Shown here piece by piece: positions 25,865 through 37,189 of a stretch of 64,000 bases of DNA. Made by a program: the position numbers and the translations under genes. Below the pieces are notes generated by a model. The model saw nothing but the letters and a program-made list of their open reading frames with translations, was not told where the DNA came from and did no database searches. The first letter of the stretch is position 1. The number at the start of each line of letters is the position of its first letter. Source of the DNA: Lytechinus pictus (Eukaryota); contig NC_087250.1 in assembly GCF_037042905.1 (NCBI RefSeq), positions 10,232,001 through 10,296,000 of the forward strand. Reading direction: 5' to 3'.

Positions 25865-27362
25865 CAGTGGCGTACCGTGGGTCACGGCATTGGGGGGGCA
25901 CCATAATTTTTTTTAGTCACTTAGTGAGCGCGCGAAGCCAGTTGCCAGATAAACTGACCTAATACAGACATTTTAAGGACAGTGCCATTAAACGGATATG
26001 TATATCACTGATCGCATAATGCGAGCGCGAAGCGCGAGCTGATTTTTTTTTTATATTCAGACCTAAAAAGGGATATTATAAGCAAATTTTTGTAATCATG
26101 ATACATATCTATCTCGCTAAACAAACAATGCGAGCGCGAAGAAGTTTACATATTGGAACTTTGTATAGACTACATTTTAGGAATCCATTAAGAGCATACA
26201 TATCTCACCATAGTCATCTAATGCGAGTGCCAAGCGCTTGCTGATTTTGTTACAATTATATACATCTAAACAGATGAAACACTTTTAGTCATTGTAATCA
26301 TGATTATCACACGCATCACACTAATAAAATATTGCGAGCGCGAAGCGCGAGCTGAAAAATATAGGAAATTCAGATCTGAAGTGGACATTTTAAGGCTTGT
26401 TTGTAGGAATTCACGAAGACCATGCGTATTTTATTAACCAAATGATGCGAGCGCGAAGCGCGAGCTGAAATTTTTGTATATATTGACCACAAACAGGGAT
26501 ATTTTAAGGACTCCTTTTTTTAAGGAATCCATTAAGAGTACACAAATCTCACCATAGTCATCTAATGCGAACGCCAAGCGCATACTGATTTTTTAGAATT
26601 ACATCTAAACACATGAAGCACTTTTTGCAGTCATTGTAATCATAGTTATCATACGCATTTTACTAATCAATTAATGCGAGCGCGTAGCGCGAGCTGAAAA
26701 ACATAGGAAATTCAGACCTGAAGAGGACACTTTAAGGCTTGTTTGTAGGAATTAACAAAGACCATGCGTATTTCACCAACCAAATGATGCAAGTGCGAAT
26801 CGCAAGCTGAAAATTTTTGATATTCAGATTAGAAAAAAAGGACATTTTAAGGACTGATTTTAGGAATTCATGAAGAGCATACATATCTCACCAATCCACT
26901 AATGCGAACATAAGCACGGGCAGGAAATGTTTTATATTAAGACCTTAATATGGGACAATCACTTTAAGTAATCATGAAAAAGAAGCATATGTCACTACAT
27001 AAAACAATAATTCGAAGTGCGAGGAAATCTATTTGGTGTATATTGACTTGAAAACGGAAGGTTTTAGTACAATAGGATTATATATCTCGTTAAACAGACA
27101 ATGGGAGCACCAGGAACAATGAAGACTTAGGCCCTGAGCAAATTGCGTTTCATAAAGTTATGAAATTTTTGAAATGTAATATAACATAACATAATTATTA
27201 TATAACATTATAATGAACAATAATTTCTTCTTTCCCATTACGTTTCTCTCCCTCTCTCTCTCTTCTCCTTTTCCCCGTTTTTTTTTCGTTTTTTTTTCTT
27301 TTGCCAGCCGATTGGGGGGGGGTGGGCACGTGCCCCCCATGCCCCCCGTAGTTACGCCACTG
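25865..27362. mobile_element. 1.5-kb hAT-type non-autonomous element rich in GCGAGCGCGAAGCGCGAGC motifs
   Basis: CAGTGGCGTA...TACGCCACTG ends with a perfect TSD TGTACGCC. Inverted family members are at 53835-55137 and 44801-~53590. Confidence 0.9.
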
Positions 27363-27644
27363 TGTACGCCAATGATTGAATGAAAAGCTTAATGTAGGAA
27401 AGGTCCCTATACAGGGGGCGTTGGCGTTATAGAGCCATTTGAATGTATGGGGACATCCCGATAGACCGCGGGTCCGATATACCGCGGGTCCGATAGTCCG
27501 CAGTGTGTGTAAAATTATGATCAGATGTATCAAATGTCATCGAGAGGTCCAAAGGTCAAATGATACGAGACCATGGGGTGCTATCAGGTGCGGATCCATG
27601 GGGGTCGAGGGGGAACTGCCTCACCCCCCCCCCCCACCTCCAGC

Positions 27645-28480
27645 TAAAAAAAAAAGAGGGGGAAGAGGGGAAAAGAAGAGAATAGAAAAGAGAGTAAGGG
27701 GGAGGAAGGAAGAGAAGAAAAGGGAAAAGAGAGAGGAAAAGAGAGACAGAAAAGACGGTGAAAAGGGAGAAGAAAAGGGGGAAAGTGAAGAGAAAAAAGA
27801 GAGGAGGGAAAAGGAAGAGAATAAAAGAAAGGAGAAAGGAAAAGGAGGAAAAAGAAGAAGAAAAAAAGAGGAAGGAACAGAAGAATATTTAAATAGAGAG
27901 GAAGATGGGAAGAAAGATAAGGAAAAAAGAGAGAGAGAGAGAGGAAGAGGGGAAAAGAAGAGAAGAAACAGAGAGAGGAGAGGGAGAGAAGAAAAAAAAT
28001 TAAAAGAGAAAAAGGGGGAAAGGAAATAAAAAGAAAAAAGGGGGAAAAGAAAGGAGAAAGAAAAGGGGAAGGAAGAGAATAATATTTAAAAAGAGAGGAA
28101 GATGGGAACAAAGATAAGAAAAGAGAGAGAGAGGGGAATAGAGGAAAAGAGAAGAAAAGGGGAGAGAGTAAGGGGGAAGGAAGAGAAGAAAAAAGAGAAA
28201 AGAGAGAGGAAAAGAGAGAAAGAAAAGACGGGAAAATAGAAGAAACGTGGGAAAGAAAAGATAGGGGAAAAGAGAAGAAAAGGAAGAAAGGAAGACAAGA
28301 AAAAAAAAAGAAAAGGGGAAAATAAAGAGAAGAAAAGGAGAGAGAGAGAGAAGGAAGGAAAAGAAGAAAAGGGGAGAGGAAGAGGGGAAAGAAAGAGAGA
28401 AAGAAAGAGAAAGGAAGGGGAATGAGGATAAGAGAAAGAAAAAAAGAAAGAAACAAAAGGAGATGGGAAACGAAAGAGGG
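27645..28480. repeat. Polypurine low-complexity tract with an internal ~200-bp duplication
   Basis: The tract is almost purely A/G. AATATTTAAA..GAGAGGAAGATGGGAA occurs at ~27883 and ~28081. Confidence 0.85.
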
Positions 28481-30138
28481 AGATGTTGACCCGGACGTCG
28501 ATTTGATGTTTGAACTAGGTGGCGCCAAAATGACATTCGAACTATGGGGCGCCGAACTGATGTTTGAACTGGGAGGGGGGCGCGAAATTGATGTTCGAAC
28601 TATGGGAGCGCTGAATAGATGTTCGATCTAGCGGGGCACCAAATTGATGTTCGAACTAGAGGAGCGCTAATTTGAATTTTGACCATAATGCGACAAATAC
28701 ATGTTTCAGGGGGGGGGGGGGAGGGCAAAGTTATATTTCACATGGGGGCGCCAAGTTTATGTTCAACCGAGGGCGCCAAATTGACCTTGAACTTAGGGGG
28801 CTTCATGCAAATTCATTTTCGACCGGGGGCGCAACATTGCTCGTATTGCCTGTTTATAGTGAAATATATGTCCTGCCCAAAAAGCTTAAATTAATGCGGG
28901 TGAATTAAAATATCCCGTTTTTACGATAATAGACAAAAACAATGTTTTCGAGTTTTAAGTCTGTTTAGCGAGATAGATATCCTGTTCAGGGTCACAAAAA
29001 AGGGTTATTATCAAATCCAGCTCGCGCTACGCGCTCGCAATATTTCATCAATGAGGTATGCATCCTCTGCATCAATCCTACATGTAAGTGTTAGTGTTTT
29101 TCAAGTCAACATACATAGGCCGATCCACGGGGCAAATATTTTGCCCCCCCCCCCCCCCATGGTGGCGCAAAAAAGGGGTAAGAAACAGAAAACGAAGAGA
29201 AAAAGGACAAGCAATTAGAATAGGAATTATACCTTAGTTCTTCTTAAGTCAGTATATAAAAAATTGAGCTCGCGCTTCGCGCTGGCATCAATAATTTGTT
29301 TAGTTATATACGCATCCCGACCTCACAGTTTTTTTTAAGAGAACGAGAAGCACAAGCTGAAAATATTTGATATTCTAACCTGACAACTGAAAATGCATTC
29401 ATTTCTTAATAGATATGCATCGTGTTCATCATAACAACTACTAACATAGGCGAATCCAGGGGGCCCGAGGGCCCCTCCCCCTATTGACGGAGCAAATAAA
29501 TAGGGAAAAACGGGGAAAGAAAGACAAAAAGAAGGGGAAAGATAAAAGGAGGAAGACGAGTGAATAAAATAAGGTCAGGAGAAGACTTGAAAAATAATTT
29601 TTTAAATATTTAATGTCACTATATTAAAATTTCCCTCGCGCATCACGCGTGCATTGCCTGTTCGATGAGATACATATCTCGGTCAATAAAGGCTGATATA
29701 TAGTTCAAAAGATCAAGTTTTGAAGTCAATATACAAAACATAATTCAGCTCGGACATCGATCTTCATTTTTTTTGTTTTATTTGCCAATTTATTTATTTT
29801 AAGTGCTCTGGAAAATGTCCGTTTTATGGTGTGAATCAACATTTGCAACATTTTGTGCGCTCGCATTATTTGCTATGTAGGCCTACCTTTTGCCTTTATG
29901 TATTTCATATAAGATTATCTAAATATTCCTTTTCATGTGTCTCGATTCTAAAAAAAAATTAAGGCCTATGCTCACGCTGTGCTCTCGCATTTTGGTGAGT
30001 TATGTACACCTATACTGTATATTAATTCTATAACAAACTACCTAACCCCCCCCCCCCCCCCATTTAAACATTTCGAATCGCGATTTGCGCTCGCGTTATT
30101 TGCTAAAAATATATCAACCAATGAATCCTGGAGGAATA

Positions 30139-30437
30139 GTGGAGCGTTGTGGCCCAGTGGATTAGTCTTCGGACTTTGAAACAGAGGGTCGTGGGTTCGA
30201 ATCCCAGCCATGGCGTAATTTCCTTCAGCAAGAAATTTATCCAGCACACTGTGCTGCACTCAACCCAGGTGAGATGAATGGGTACCCGGTAGGAAGAAAT
30301 TCCTTGAATGCTTTGAGCGCCTAGGCAGCCCAGCTAAAGCCGGGGTAATAATAATAGCAGGGCCCGCTGGGAGAACAGTTTTCGGAACTGAAGCGGCTTC
30401 CCTGGGTAAATATACCTGTATTATTATTATTATTATC
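30139..30437 (+). mobile_element. tRNA-derived SINE
   Basis: TGGCCCAGTGG and GGTTCGAATCC boxes, an (ATT)n tail, and homology to 23715-23991. Confidence 0.85.
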
Positions 30438-33400
30438 ATAATCCTATTCATGATTATAAAAATACTTAAAATTTCCAGTTTTCAGGCCTCATACACTGTC
30501 AACAAATTCCACACACTCATTAGGCTTATTAGATTAATAAATATGAAATAAAATTTTTATGAATTCATAATAACTAAATTGTCCCTTTTTCATAAATAAA
30601 TATCGACACGTTTTATGAAAAGAAATAGAAGATAGTCATCATTCTTATATGATGACAAAATCAGCTCACGCTTCGCGCTCGCATCATTTATTTAGTGCTA
30701 TCCACATCGACGTCACAATTTCCCTATATACAAAGTGCTGTAAATAGTGCTTAAATTGACTCATTTCATATCGGAATTTCAAATATTATTTTCAACTCGC
30801 GCTCTGCGATCGCATTATTGATTTTCATGATGAAAAATGAAATGTATTCAGAATGCAGATTCTGTCTAACTCTAAAACACGCGCACGCATGTTTTTTTTA
30901 GATACGCAGCTTGATCTTATTCAAAACGTACTAAAATTATCCAGTTTCAGATCAGAATATCAAAAATTTTCTGCTCGAGCTTTGCGCTCGCATTATGAAG
31001 ACACTAAAAATTACCCATCCTTTTTCATGATTGACAAAACATGACTCGAGCGTCCTGTTGGGGGGTTTGAAATCTCATCTTTTTAGGTTGGAATATCAAA
31101 AATGTTCAGCTCGCGCTTCGCGCTCACATTATTTAATCGTTGAAATATATATCGTCTTAATGGCTAACTGCAAAACGTCAGGTCCCTTTTCGACTAGGCC
31201 AGAATGCCTATTTAAAGGTCAAGTCCATATCTATCACAACCTTGTATTTTTGTAATAAAAATGTCAGCATATTTGCTTGCTCGCTTCGCTCACTGGAAAC
31301 TTCTTATTAATTTTATGCGATACGCCATATCGAGCCCCCTCAAAATTGTTGGCTCATTACGCCACTGGAACAACCCCTTCAAAGAAAACAAAATCAACAT
31401 TGAGCGACCGATCGGGGAAAATATGGGTGAACAAAATTCGCCCCCTCATTTGCGGAAGCTGGGTCCGCCCCCGGAATTAGGCTTTCAAATACATCAAAAA
31501 TAAAAAAAAAATCAGATCGCGCTTCGCGTTCTCATTATATCTTTAGGCCTTGTGAAATACCTCAATGTGTTTTTCAAAATAAAATCTCAGATATTCTTTA
31601 ACTTCTACCCCCCCCCCCATTTCATTGATTGTTGTTATCTTGGTGCCCTCTACAAAAGTTCAACAAGACCCCCCCCCCTCGTGCACCCATGCTGAATAAA
31701 TACGCCACTAATGAGGAGAATGAGTCGATTGCTTCGAGATTGCATTATTCCCAAGAAGCTATCATTAATATTATTGAAGGCTATTCTAAAACAACTAGCA
31801 AAGAAACTACAGCTCCCGTTCACACAATATTCTAGTAGGGCCTACTCTCGTGAGAAATTAAACCAAATTGAACCCCCCCCCCCCATCGCTCGCGCTTCGC
31901 GCTCCCATTGATATTTCATTATTATATTCATGGATTTTTTTTTAAGAACACATTAAAAGAGTGGTCTTTAATTGCCTTTTTAAAATGTGATTATAAGATA
32001 ATTCAAAATCCATGTAAGGCACTTAAGTTAGCCTGGCTGGAAGGGAGTGGGTGCAATTTTTTGAAAAGTACACATGGGCGCCAAGAATCAGGTCAAATTT
32101 GGCCCCCCCCCCCCCCTTCTCACCAAATCCTGGATCCGCGCCTGGGTTCTATAACAATAACCAAATTAGGGCAATCATCCACTGACAACTACTTCAAGGA
32201 AAATATGATCCCCATATTTTTACCGCCGGGGACTGTTACCCCCAGAAATTTACCCTCGAGACAATTACCCCGGATAATTACCCTTAGTACGGAGCCTTTA
32301 AAATGCAATCGACATGGCGTGATACTTTATCTTGCCATGTATAATTAATAAGCTTATTATTTCGACATGGCGATATATTCTATCTTATCAAGTCGATATG
32401 TCGACATGGCGAGATCTGAAGTGTACAAGTCCCGGCCAGAATCCCGATATATAATATATAAATTAACATATAACTTGTTACGAGTCGACTTGGCAAGATA
32501 AATATCTCACCATGTTGACGTATAACTTTTATATGTGGACTTGGCAGGTATCTCGCCATGCCGACATTATAAGCTTATTTAGTCGATATGGCAAGATAAA
32601 GTATCTCGCCATGTCGTCAAGTCAGTGGCATTTGAAAGGTAATTGGCGTCTAGAGGGTAAATTTCCGGGGGGGGGGGGGGGGGGGTAACAGTCCCCGACG
32701 ATAAAAATATGGGGATAATATTTTCCTTGAAGTAGTTGTCAGGGGGCGATTGTCCATTCGGTCATCGTTATAGAACCCCATGGACTCGTATCATTGACCG
32801 TTTGACCTCTTGATGACATTGGATCTCACTATAACCTGATCATAATTTTACACACACCTCGGACTATCGGACCCGCGGACTATCGGACCCGCGGTCTATC
32901 GGACCCGCGGTCTATCGGACCCGCGGACTATCGGACCCGCGGACTATCGGACCCGCGGTGTATCGGGCTGTAACCGAATGTATAGGCCTATAGATGAAGA
33001 GCCCCTACTGCGTGGGGTCTGGGGCAAAGCCCTTGTAGCTTTTTTTGCATAAAATTTAGCAAGCTTGTAAAGCACAATGTTGTATGCAGTCCACATGGTC
33101 CATCTTTCTTCCCGCTCTTTATTTTCTATCCTCGGCAGCCCGGTCGTGTTATTAAGAGGTTTTTTTTTCTTGTTCTTTGTTTTACAAGTTAGCTTTTGAC
33201 TAATTCCATTCTACCTTCATTTCCCGCTATTGTTTGCCATTTTGTCATCTTTACATTTATTTCCCATCATGCTATTGCTTTCCATAGGCCTAGTATTTCG
33301 GAATGATTTGTTCTTTCTCAAATGTTCTTCTTTCGGTCCTTTTCCCGCTTTCCTTTCTTTTCCATAAAAAAAATGATAATTTCTTCGTTTTCTTTTCATT

Positions 33401-33688
33401 TTTCCCTTTCCTCCTTCCCCCTTCCCTTTCTTCCCCCTCCCTTTTCTTTTTTCCCCCGTTTTTTTTTCCCGGTGAAATCCGCCAGGGGGGCAGCTTGCCC
33501 CCCTGCCCCCCACCTGTTACGCCACTGCAGAGAGGTGTGAAACAACACCAGTTTGATTTTGGTCTAACACCAGATAGGTGTTTATACAACACCAATTAGT
33601 ATTAAAACAGCATTGGTTTGATTCCAAACTGATGATATTTCAATACTGTTCTGGTGTGGACATGTATAGATTCCGGGCTGGTGTTAAA

Positions 33689-36600
33689 TCAACACCGGAG
33701 TTTTTGCAGTGTAATTACTCCCATTACGGTCACAACACAGGCGCTAATTGCTAAGACAGCAACCGTAATTATTAAATAAAGGGAAGAACTGGAAAGTCTA
33801 GACGGATCTGTTTCTGCACCGCACCCCACTTTGCTAGCCCACTCTGAAACTGGGAAAGAATTTTCAGACCTCATTTCTCCTGCGTTTCGTCCATGTCCAA
33901 TGGCGATTATGGCGAACTTGTACTCAATCCAGGTGCCAAAGTCTGGCGCGAGGCAAGAATAGTTTCCAGAGACGTTTTCACTGATGAATTCAAGAATAAG
34001 ACTGCCATCCGCACTAACCTCAATGGAACGATTCGGTATGGTTGGAGAAAGTGTCTTTAAAATCATCTTATTTGGAAGAGCCCACAATATGGCACTTTTG
34101 TCGATCACATTCAAAGGACAGGGTAATATCAATTGGGAGTTGTCAACATTTACGAATAAAGTTGGATATTCAATCGAGCAAGTCATGTTATAGGTTTGGA
34201 ACTCGCATTCTCCATATACTGCCAGGGTGGCACATGGGACACCCTCTACGTTGCCTGACATCCAATTGCAAAATGACCGTAAGTGACAGTCACAACGCCA
34301 CGGATTCGAAGAGAGGTTCAATTGAATATACCTTGCTGTAACTGGCAATGCGTTCTGGTGTATCAAGGTCAAGTCGTTGTTGTTCAAGTTGAGATGGAAT
34401 AAAGATTTAGTGGTTACGAAAGAACCTTCCTTAATAACCATGATTTCATTATTGTCAAGGTTCAGATAGTACAGTCTGAACAGTCCGAGAAAGCTATCCT
34501 CCTCAATCATCCTGATTTTATTCCAAGATAGCTTCAAACGGATTAGCTTTGGATGCATTGTGTACTTGAATTGATCTGGTACTGAGTAAAAACAATTGTG
34601 GGTTAAATCAAGAAGACGGAGGGATCCAGGATTAAACCGGGGAAATGTTCTGGTAAGTGAGTTTTGAGAGAACACTATGCTTATCAGGGGAGCCTGGATA
34701 ACGAATGAAGAGTTAAGGGACCATGACTTGACAGCAGAATTGTTGGTCATGTTCAGATATTCAATGCTGCTCGAAGGAGACGTGAGCAATGTTGGAAAGA
34801 ACCCGAAGTCGTCCTTAAAGTGAGAGATTTCAAGATGCTTGACTGGGAACGAATCGAATTGGCCAGTAATCTTCACCGGATTTCCAGTGAGATCGAGGTA
34901 ATGCAGGCGTGGGCACATCGAGAAACACGTCCCAGACAAATAAACTATTTTGTTCCACTGGAGGCTAATTGTATGCAGTCCAGTGAGACCGAAAAGCGTG
35001 TCTTCAGATAAGGAAGAAAGGACGTTGTGTTGGAGACGTAGCGTACTTAGCTGGGAAGCTGACTGAAAAGTGAACGGTGCAATGTATCGAAGTGCATTAT
35101 GCGATATATCAAAATATTTTAAGGACTGTCCTATGTATGGTTCATTTGAGATCGCTACAATCTCATTTCTTCTCAAAGATAACAAAATAATATGTGTCAT
35201 GTATGTCAAACAGGAAATGTCATTTTTTATTTTGTTCTCTTCTAGGTTGACGTGCGTTAGAGCTGAGGAGAAAACAGGATTACCCCTTGCTTCATTCCCG
35301 CGAAGATTAAGATGTCGAAGCTGAAGTAGGTTTTCAGTTGAGTTTCGGTGAATTCTCAAAATGTTGTTATTTTCGAGAATTAGTGTAATGAGTCGGTTTC
35401 TTGCGGGTAAAGTTGGGAATCGTCTCAACATATTATTTGAGGCATACAGAGTTCGTAAAACCGGAATCCGACCTATATCTTCTTGTTCAATATCAGATAT
35501 CTGATTTGAGCTGAGGATGACCTTATCTAATGTTGGAAGGAGTGTTAAACACGGAACAATAGTAAGTTTATTTCCAGACAGGTCAAGTGTATCAAGTTTG
35601 GGAAAAGACAGTGTATCCCTAGCTATATGCCGTATGCTATTTTGGGATAAATTGAGGAAGTGAAGTTGTGGTAAGGAAGGTAGACGGTCAAGTTCTACCA
35701 GGAGATTTTTTTCTAAACGAAGATGTGATAGATTGGTGAGATTGCTCATAACTGATTTATCCCATACAGTTATCTTGTTGCAGAAGAGGAACAGGCTCAT
35801 GAGATTGGGGAGGTTGCGAATGTGACTTAAACTTGACAGGAGGTTTTCACCGAAATCGATGTGTGTTAGGTTATTGCAAGTCGTCAAGTCATCAAAGCTT
35901 ATGTTCCTAAGGGAATTTTTATAAGCATATATACTTCTCAGTAATAAACACTCTGGGATAATCAATTCAGACAAATCGTTCTCTGAGAGGTTTAAGTTCA
36001 CCAATAGAGGATAGGATGATGAAAGATTCGACGTTATCAAACTAGTGGTAATTGAATTACGATTTACATTAAGACTACGCAGACTTCTTAGCGGAATAAC
36101 AGGAGCTACCAGTAATCTATTTCCAATCAAATTCAATACTTCAAGCTTTGTCAGGTTCGCAAGGGATCCAATACCAAGTGTTTTAATTCTATTTTCGTCC
36201 AGAAAAAGCACTTGTAATTCCGGAAGATTTCGAATTGCCACAATGTCAATGATATTGTTGTGCCTCAAATCTATTCGTTGTAAATGTATAAGATTTTGAA
36301 ATGAATTCCTGTTCATTCTTCGAATCCGATTGAATGGAAGAATCAGTTTCCGAAGATTTGAAAATCCAGATAACGAGTCAAGAACTTCAATGAGGCCAAA
36401 TGACATATCTAATACAGTTACGTATCTCGGATACAAAAATGTCCCGGCTGAAAAATCAGTAAGAGGAATGCCTTTGAACTCAGCAAGTTTTATGCAATAT
36501 GGTACGACAATTGGGTCTTCAAGAGGGTTCCATGTGAAACGAAAGATATTCAATTCCTGGTGTAAAAATTGCGTCGGCATTCTAGCAATCCAGTTCCAAG

Positions 36601-37042
36601 ATAAATCGACAGTAGTCAGTTTGGGTAACACGGGTTCTGATGGAAAAGTGGTTAAGTAATTCCCGCGAAACGAAATGTGTTTAAGTTCAAGAAGACCTGC
36701 AAAGGATCCTTCCTCTATGTGGGCTATAAAGTTGTTATCCAGGACTAGGGTATTCATGTCGGATTGGCAAGATAGATCATTAACGCTGATTTTCCGCAGT
36801 GTACCAAAGACTAACAGAAAGGTTGTCGTCGAACATGGTGTGCTCGAGGGAATTTTCTCTGCCGAGGAACAATCCACGATCCTTTCCTCTACTGTCCTGG
36901 TGCAACGGCATTTTCTTGGGCAGTTGCTGATCATTTGTACATTAATGGGCACCAAGATTAAGACAATGAATATAGGTAGGCCTATTGTCAAAGAACAAGA
37001 AGCACGAGATCTTACGCACGGCATGCACAGCGGTGCCATCAT
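33689..37042 (-). CDS. Single-exon LRR-Ig-transmembrane protein (signal peptide, LRRNT, ~30 LRRs, LRRCT, Ig-like domain, TM, almost no cytoplasmic tail)
   Basis: A 1117-aa uninterrupted ORF with a hydrophobic N-terminus, a CPRKCRC cap, LxxLxLxxN repeats, NPWRCDC, Ig motifs (LILPCP, ILW, DGSLIL, SGNYSC) and the TM segment LYLIITVAVLAISACVVTVMGVI. Confidence 0.92.
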   Translation of the reverse strand: MMAPLCMPCVRSRASCSLTIGLPIFIVLILVPINVQMISNCPRKCRCTRTVEERIVDCSSAEKIPSSTPCSTTTFLLVFGTLRKISVNDLSCQSDMNTLVLDNNFIAHIEEGSFAGLLELKHISFRGNYLTTFPSEPVLPKLTTVDLSWNWIARMPTQFLHQELNIFRFTWNPLEDPIVVPYCIKLAEFKGIPLTDFSAGTFLYPRYVTVLDMSFGLIEVLDSLSGFSNLRKLILPFNRIRRMNRNSFQNLIHLQRIDLRHNNIIDIVAIRNLPELQVLFLDENRIKTLGIGSLANLTKLEVLNLIGNRLLVAPVIPLRSLRSLNVNRNSITTSLITSNLSSSYPLLVNLNLSENDLSELIIPECLLLRSIYAYKNSLRNISFDDLTTCNNLTHIDFGENLLSSLSHIRNLPNLMSLFLFCNKITVWDKSVMSNLTNLSHLRLEKNLLVELDRLPSLPQLHFLNLSQNSIRHIARDTLSFPKLDTLDLSGNKLTIVPCLTLLPTLDKVILSSNQISDIEQEDIGRIPVLRTLYASNNMLRRFPTLPARNRLITLILENNNILRIHRNSTENLLQLRHLNLRGNEARGNPVFSSALTHVNLEENKIKNDISCLTYMTHIILLSLRRNEIVAISNEPYIGQSLKYFDISHNALRYIAPFTFQSASQLSTLRLQHNVLSSLSEDTLFGLTGLHTISLQWNKIVYLSGTCFSMCPRLHYLDLTGNPVKITGQFDSFPVKHLEISHFKDDFGFFPTLLTSPSSSIEYLNMTNNSAVKSWSLNSSFVIQAPLISIVFSQNSLTRTFPRFNPGSLRLLDLTHNCFYSVPDQFKYTMHPKLIRLKLSWNKIRMIEEDSFLGLFRLYYLNLDNNEIMVIKEGSFVTTKSLFHLNLNNNDLTLIHQNALPVTARYIQLNLSSNPWRCDCHLRSFCNWMSGNVEGVPCATLAVYGECEFQTYNMTCSIEYPTLFVNVDNSQLILPCPLNVIDKSAILWALPNKMILKTLSPTIPNRSIEVSADGSLILEFISENVSGNYSCLAPDFGTWIEYKFAIIAIGHGRNAGEMRSENSFPVSEWASKVGCGAETDPSRLSSSSLYLIITVAVLAISACVVTVMGVITLQKLRC

Positions 37043-37189
37043 GATATAGATGAAGATATAACCCCCTTATACAATATTGCTAGCGATTTCATTTAACCGT
37101 TACTCCAACCACAGTATTAATTCTTCAACTTTAGAGTCGAAATTGTAGATTCCCAAATTTAATTCAACTGGAGGGATTCTTAGATGTTT

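Larger units (their letters stand above)
27585..32144. mobile_element. hAT-type non-autonomous element with a GA-rich tract and a nested SINE
   Basis: Ends CAGGTGCGGATCCA / TGGATCCGCGCCTG with TSD GGTGCTAT / GGTTCTAT (7/8). Confidence 0.75.
27449..32975. mobile_element. Foldback element with GG..CC ends and an 8-bp TSD (Merlin-like), interrupted at 27585-32144
   Basis: TSD GAATGTAT at 27441-27448 and 32976-32983. The long inverted arms carry a 16-bp tandem unit (CTATCGGACCCGCGGA), about 6 copies on the right and 2-3 on the left. Confidence 0.75.
24840..33527. mobile_element. hAT-type non-autonomous element swollen to 8.7 kb by nested insertions; splits a CACTG MITE
   Basis: TIRs CAGCGGCGTAACAGG / CCTGTTACGCCACTG with TSD AAGAGAGG / CAGAGAGG (7/8). 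The two flanks join into one complete MITE. Confidence 0.8.

Noticed and set aside
27439..28536. ORFs of 178-294 aa rich in K/E/R or F/L/S
   Set aside because: Artefacts of a polypurine/polypyrimidine tract inside a transposon.
33689..37042. Toll-like receptor call
   Set aside because: No TIR domain is seen in the ORF or the reconstructed flank, and an Ig-like domain is present.
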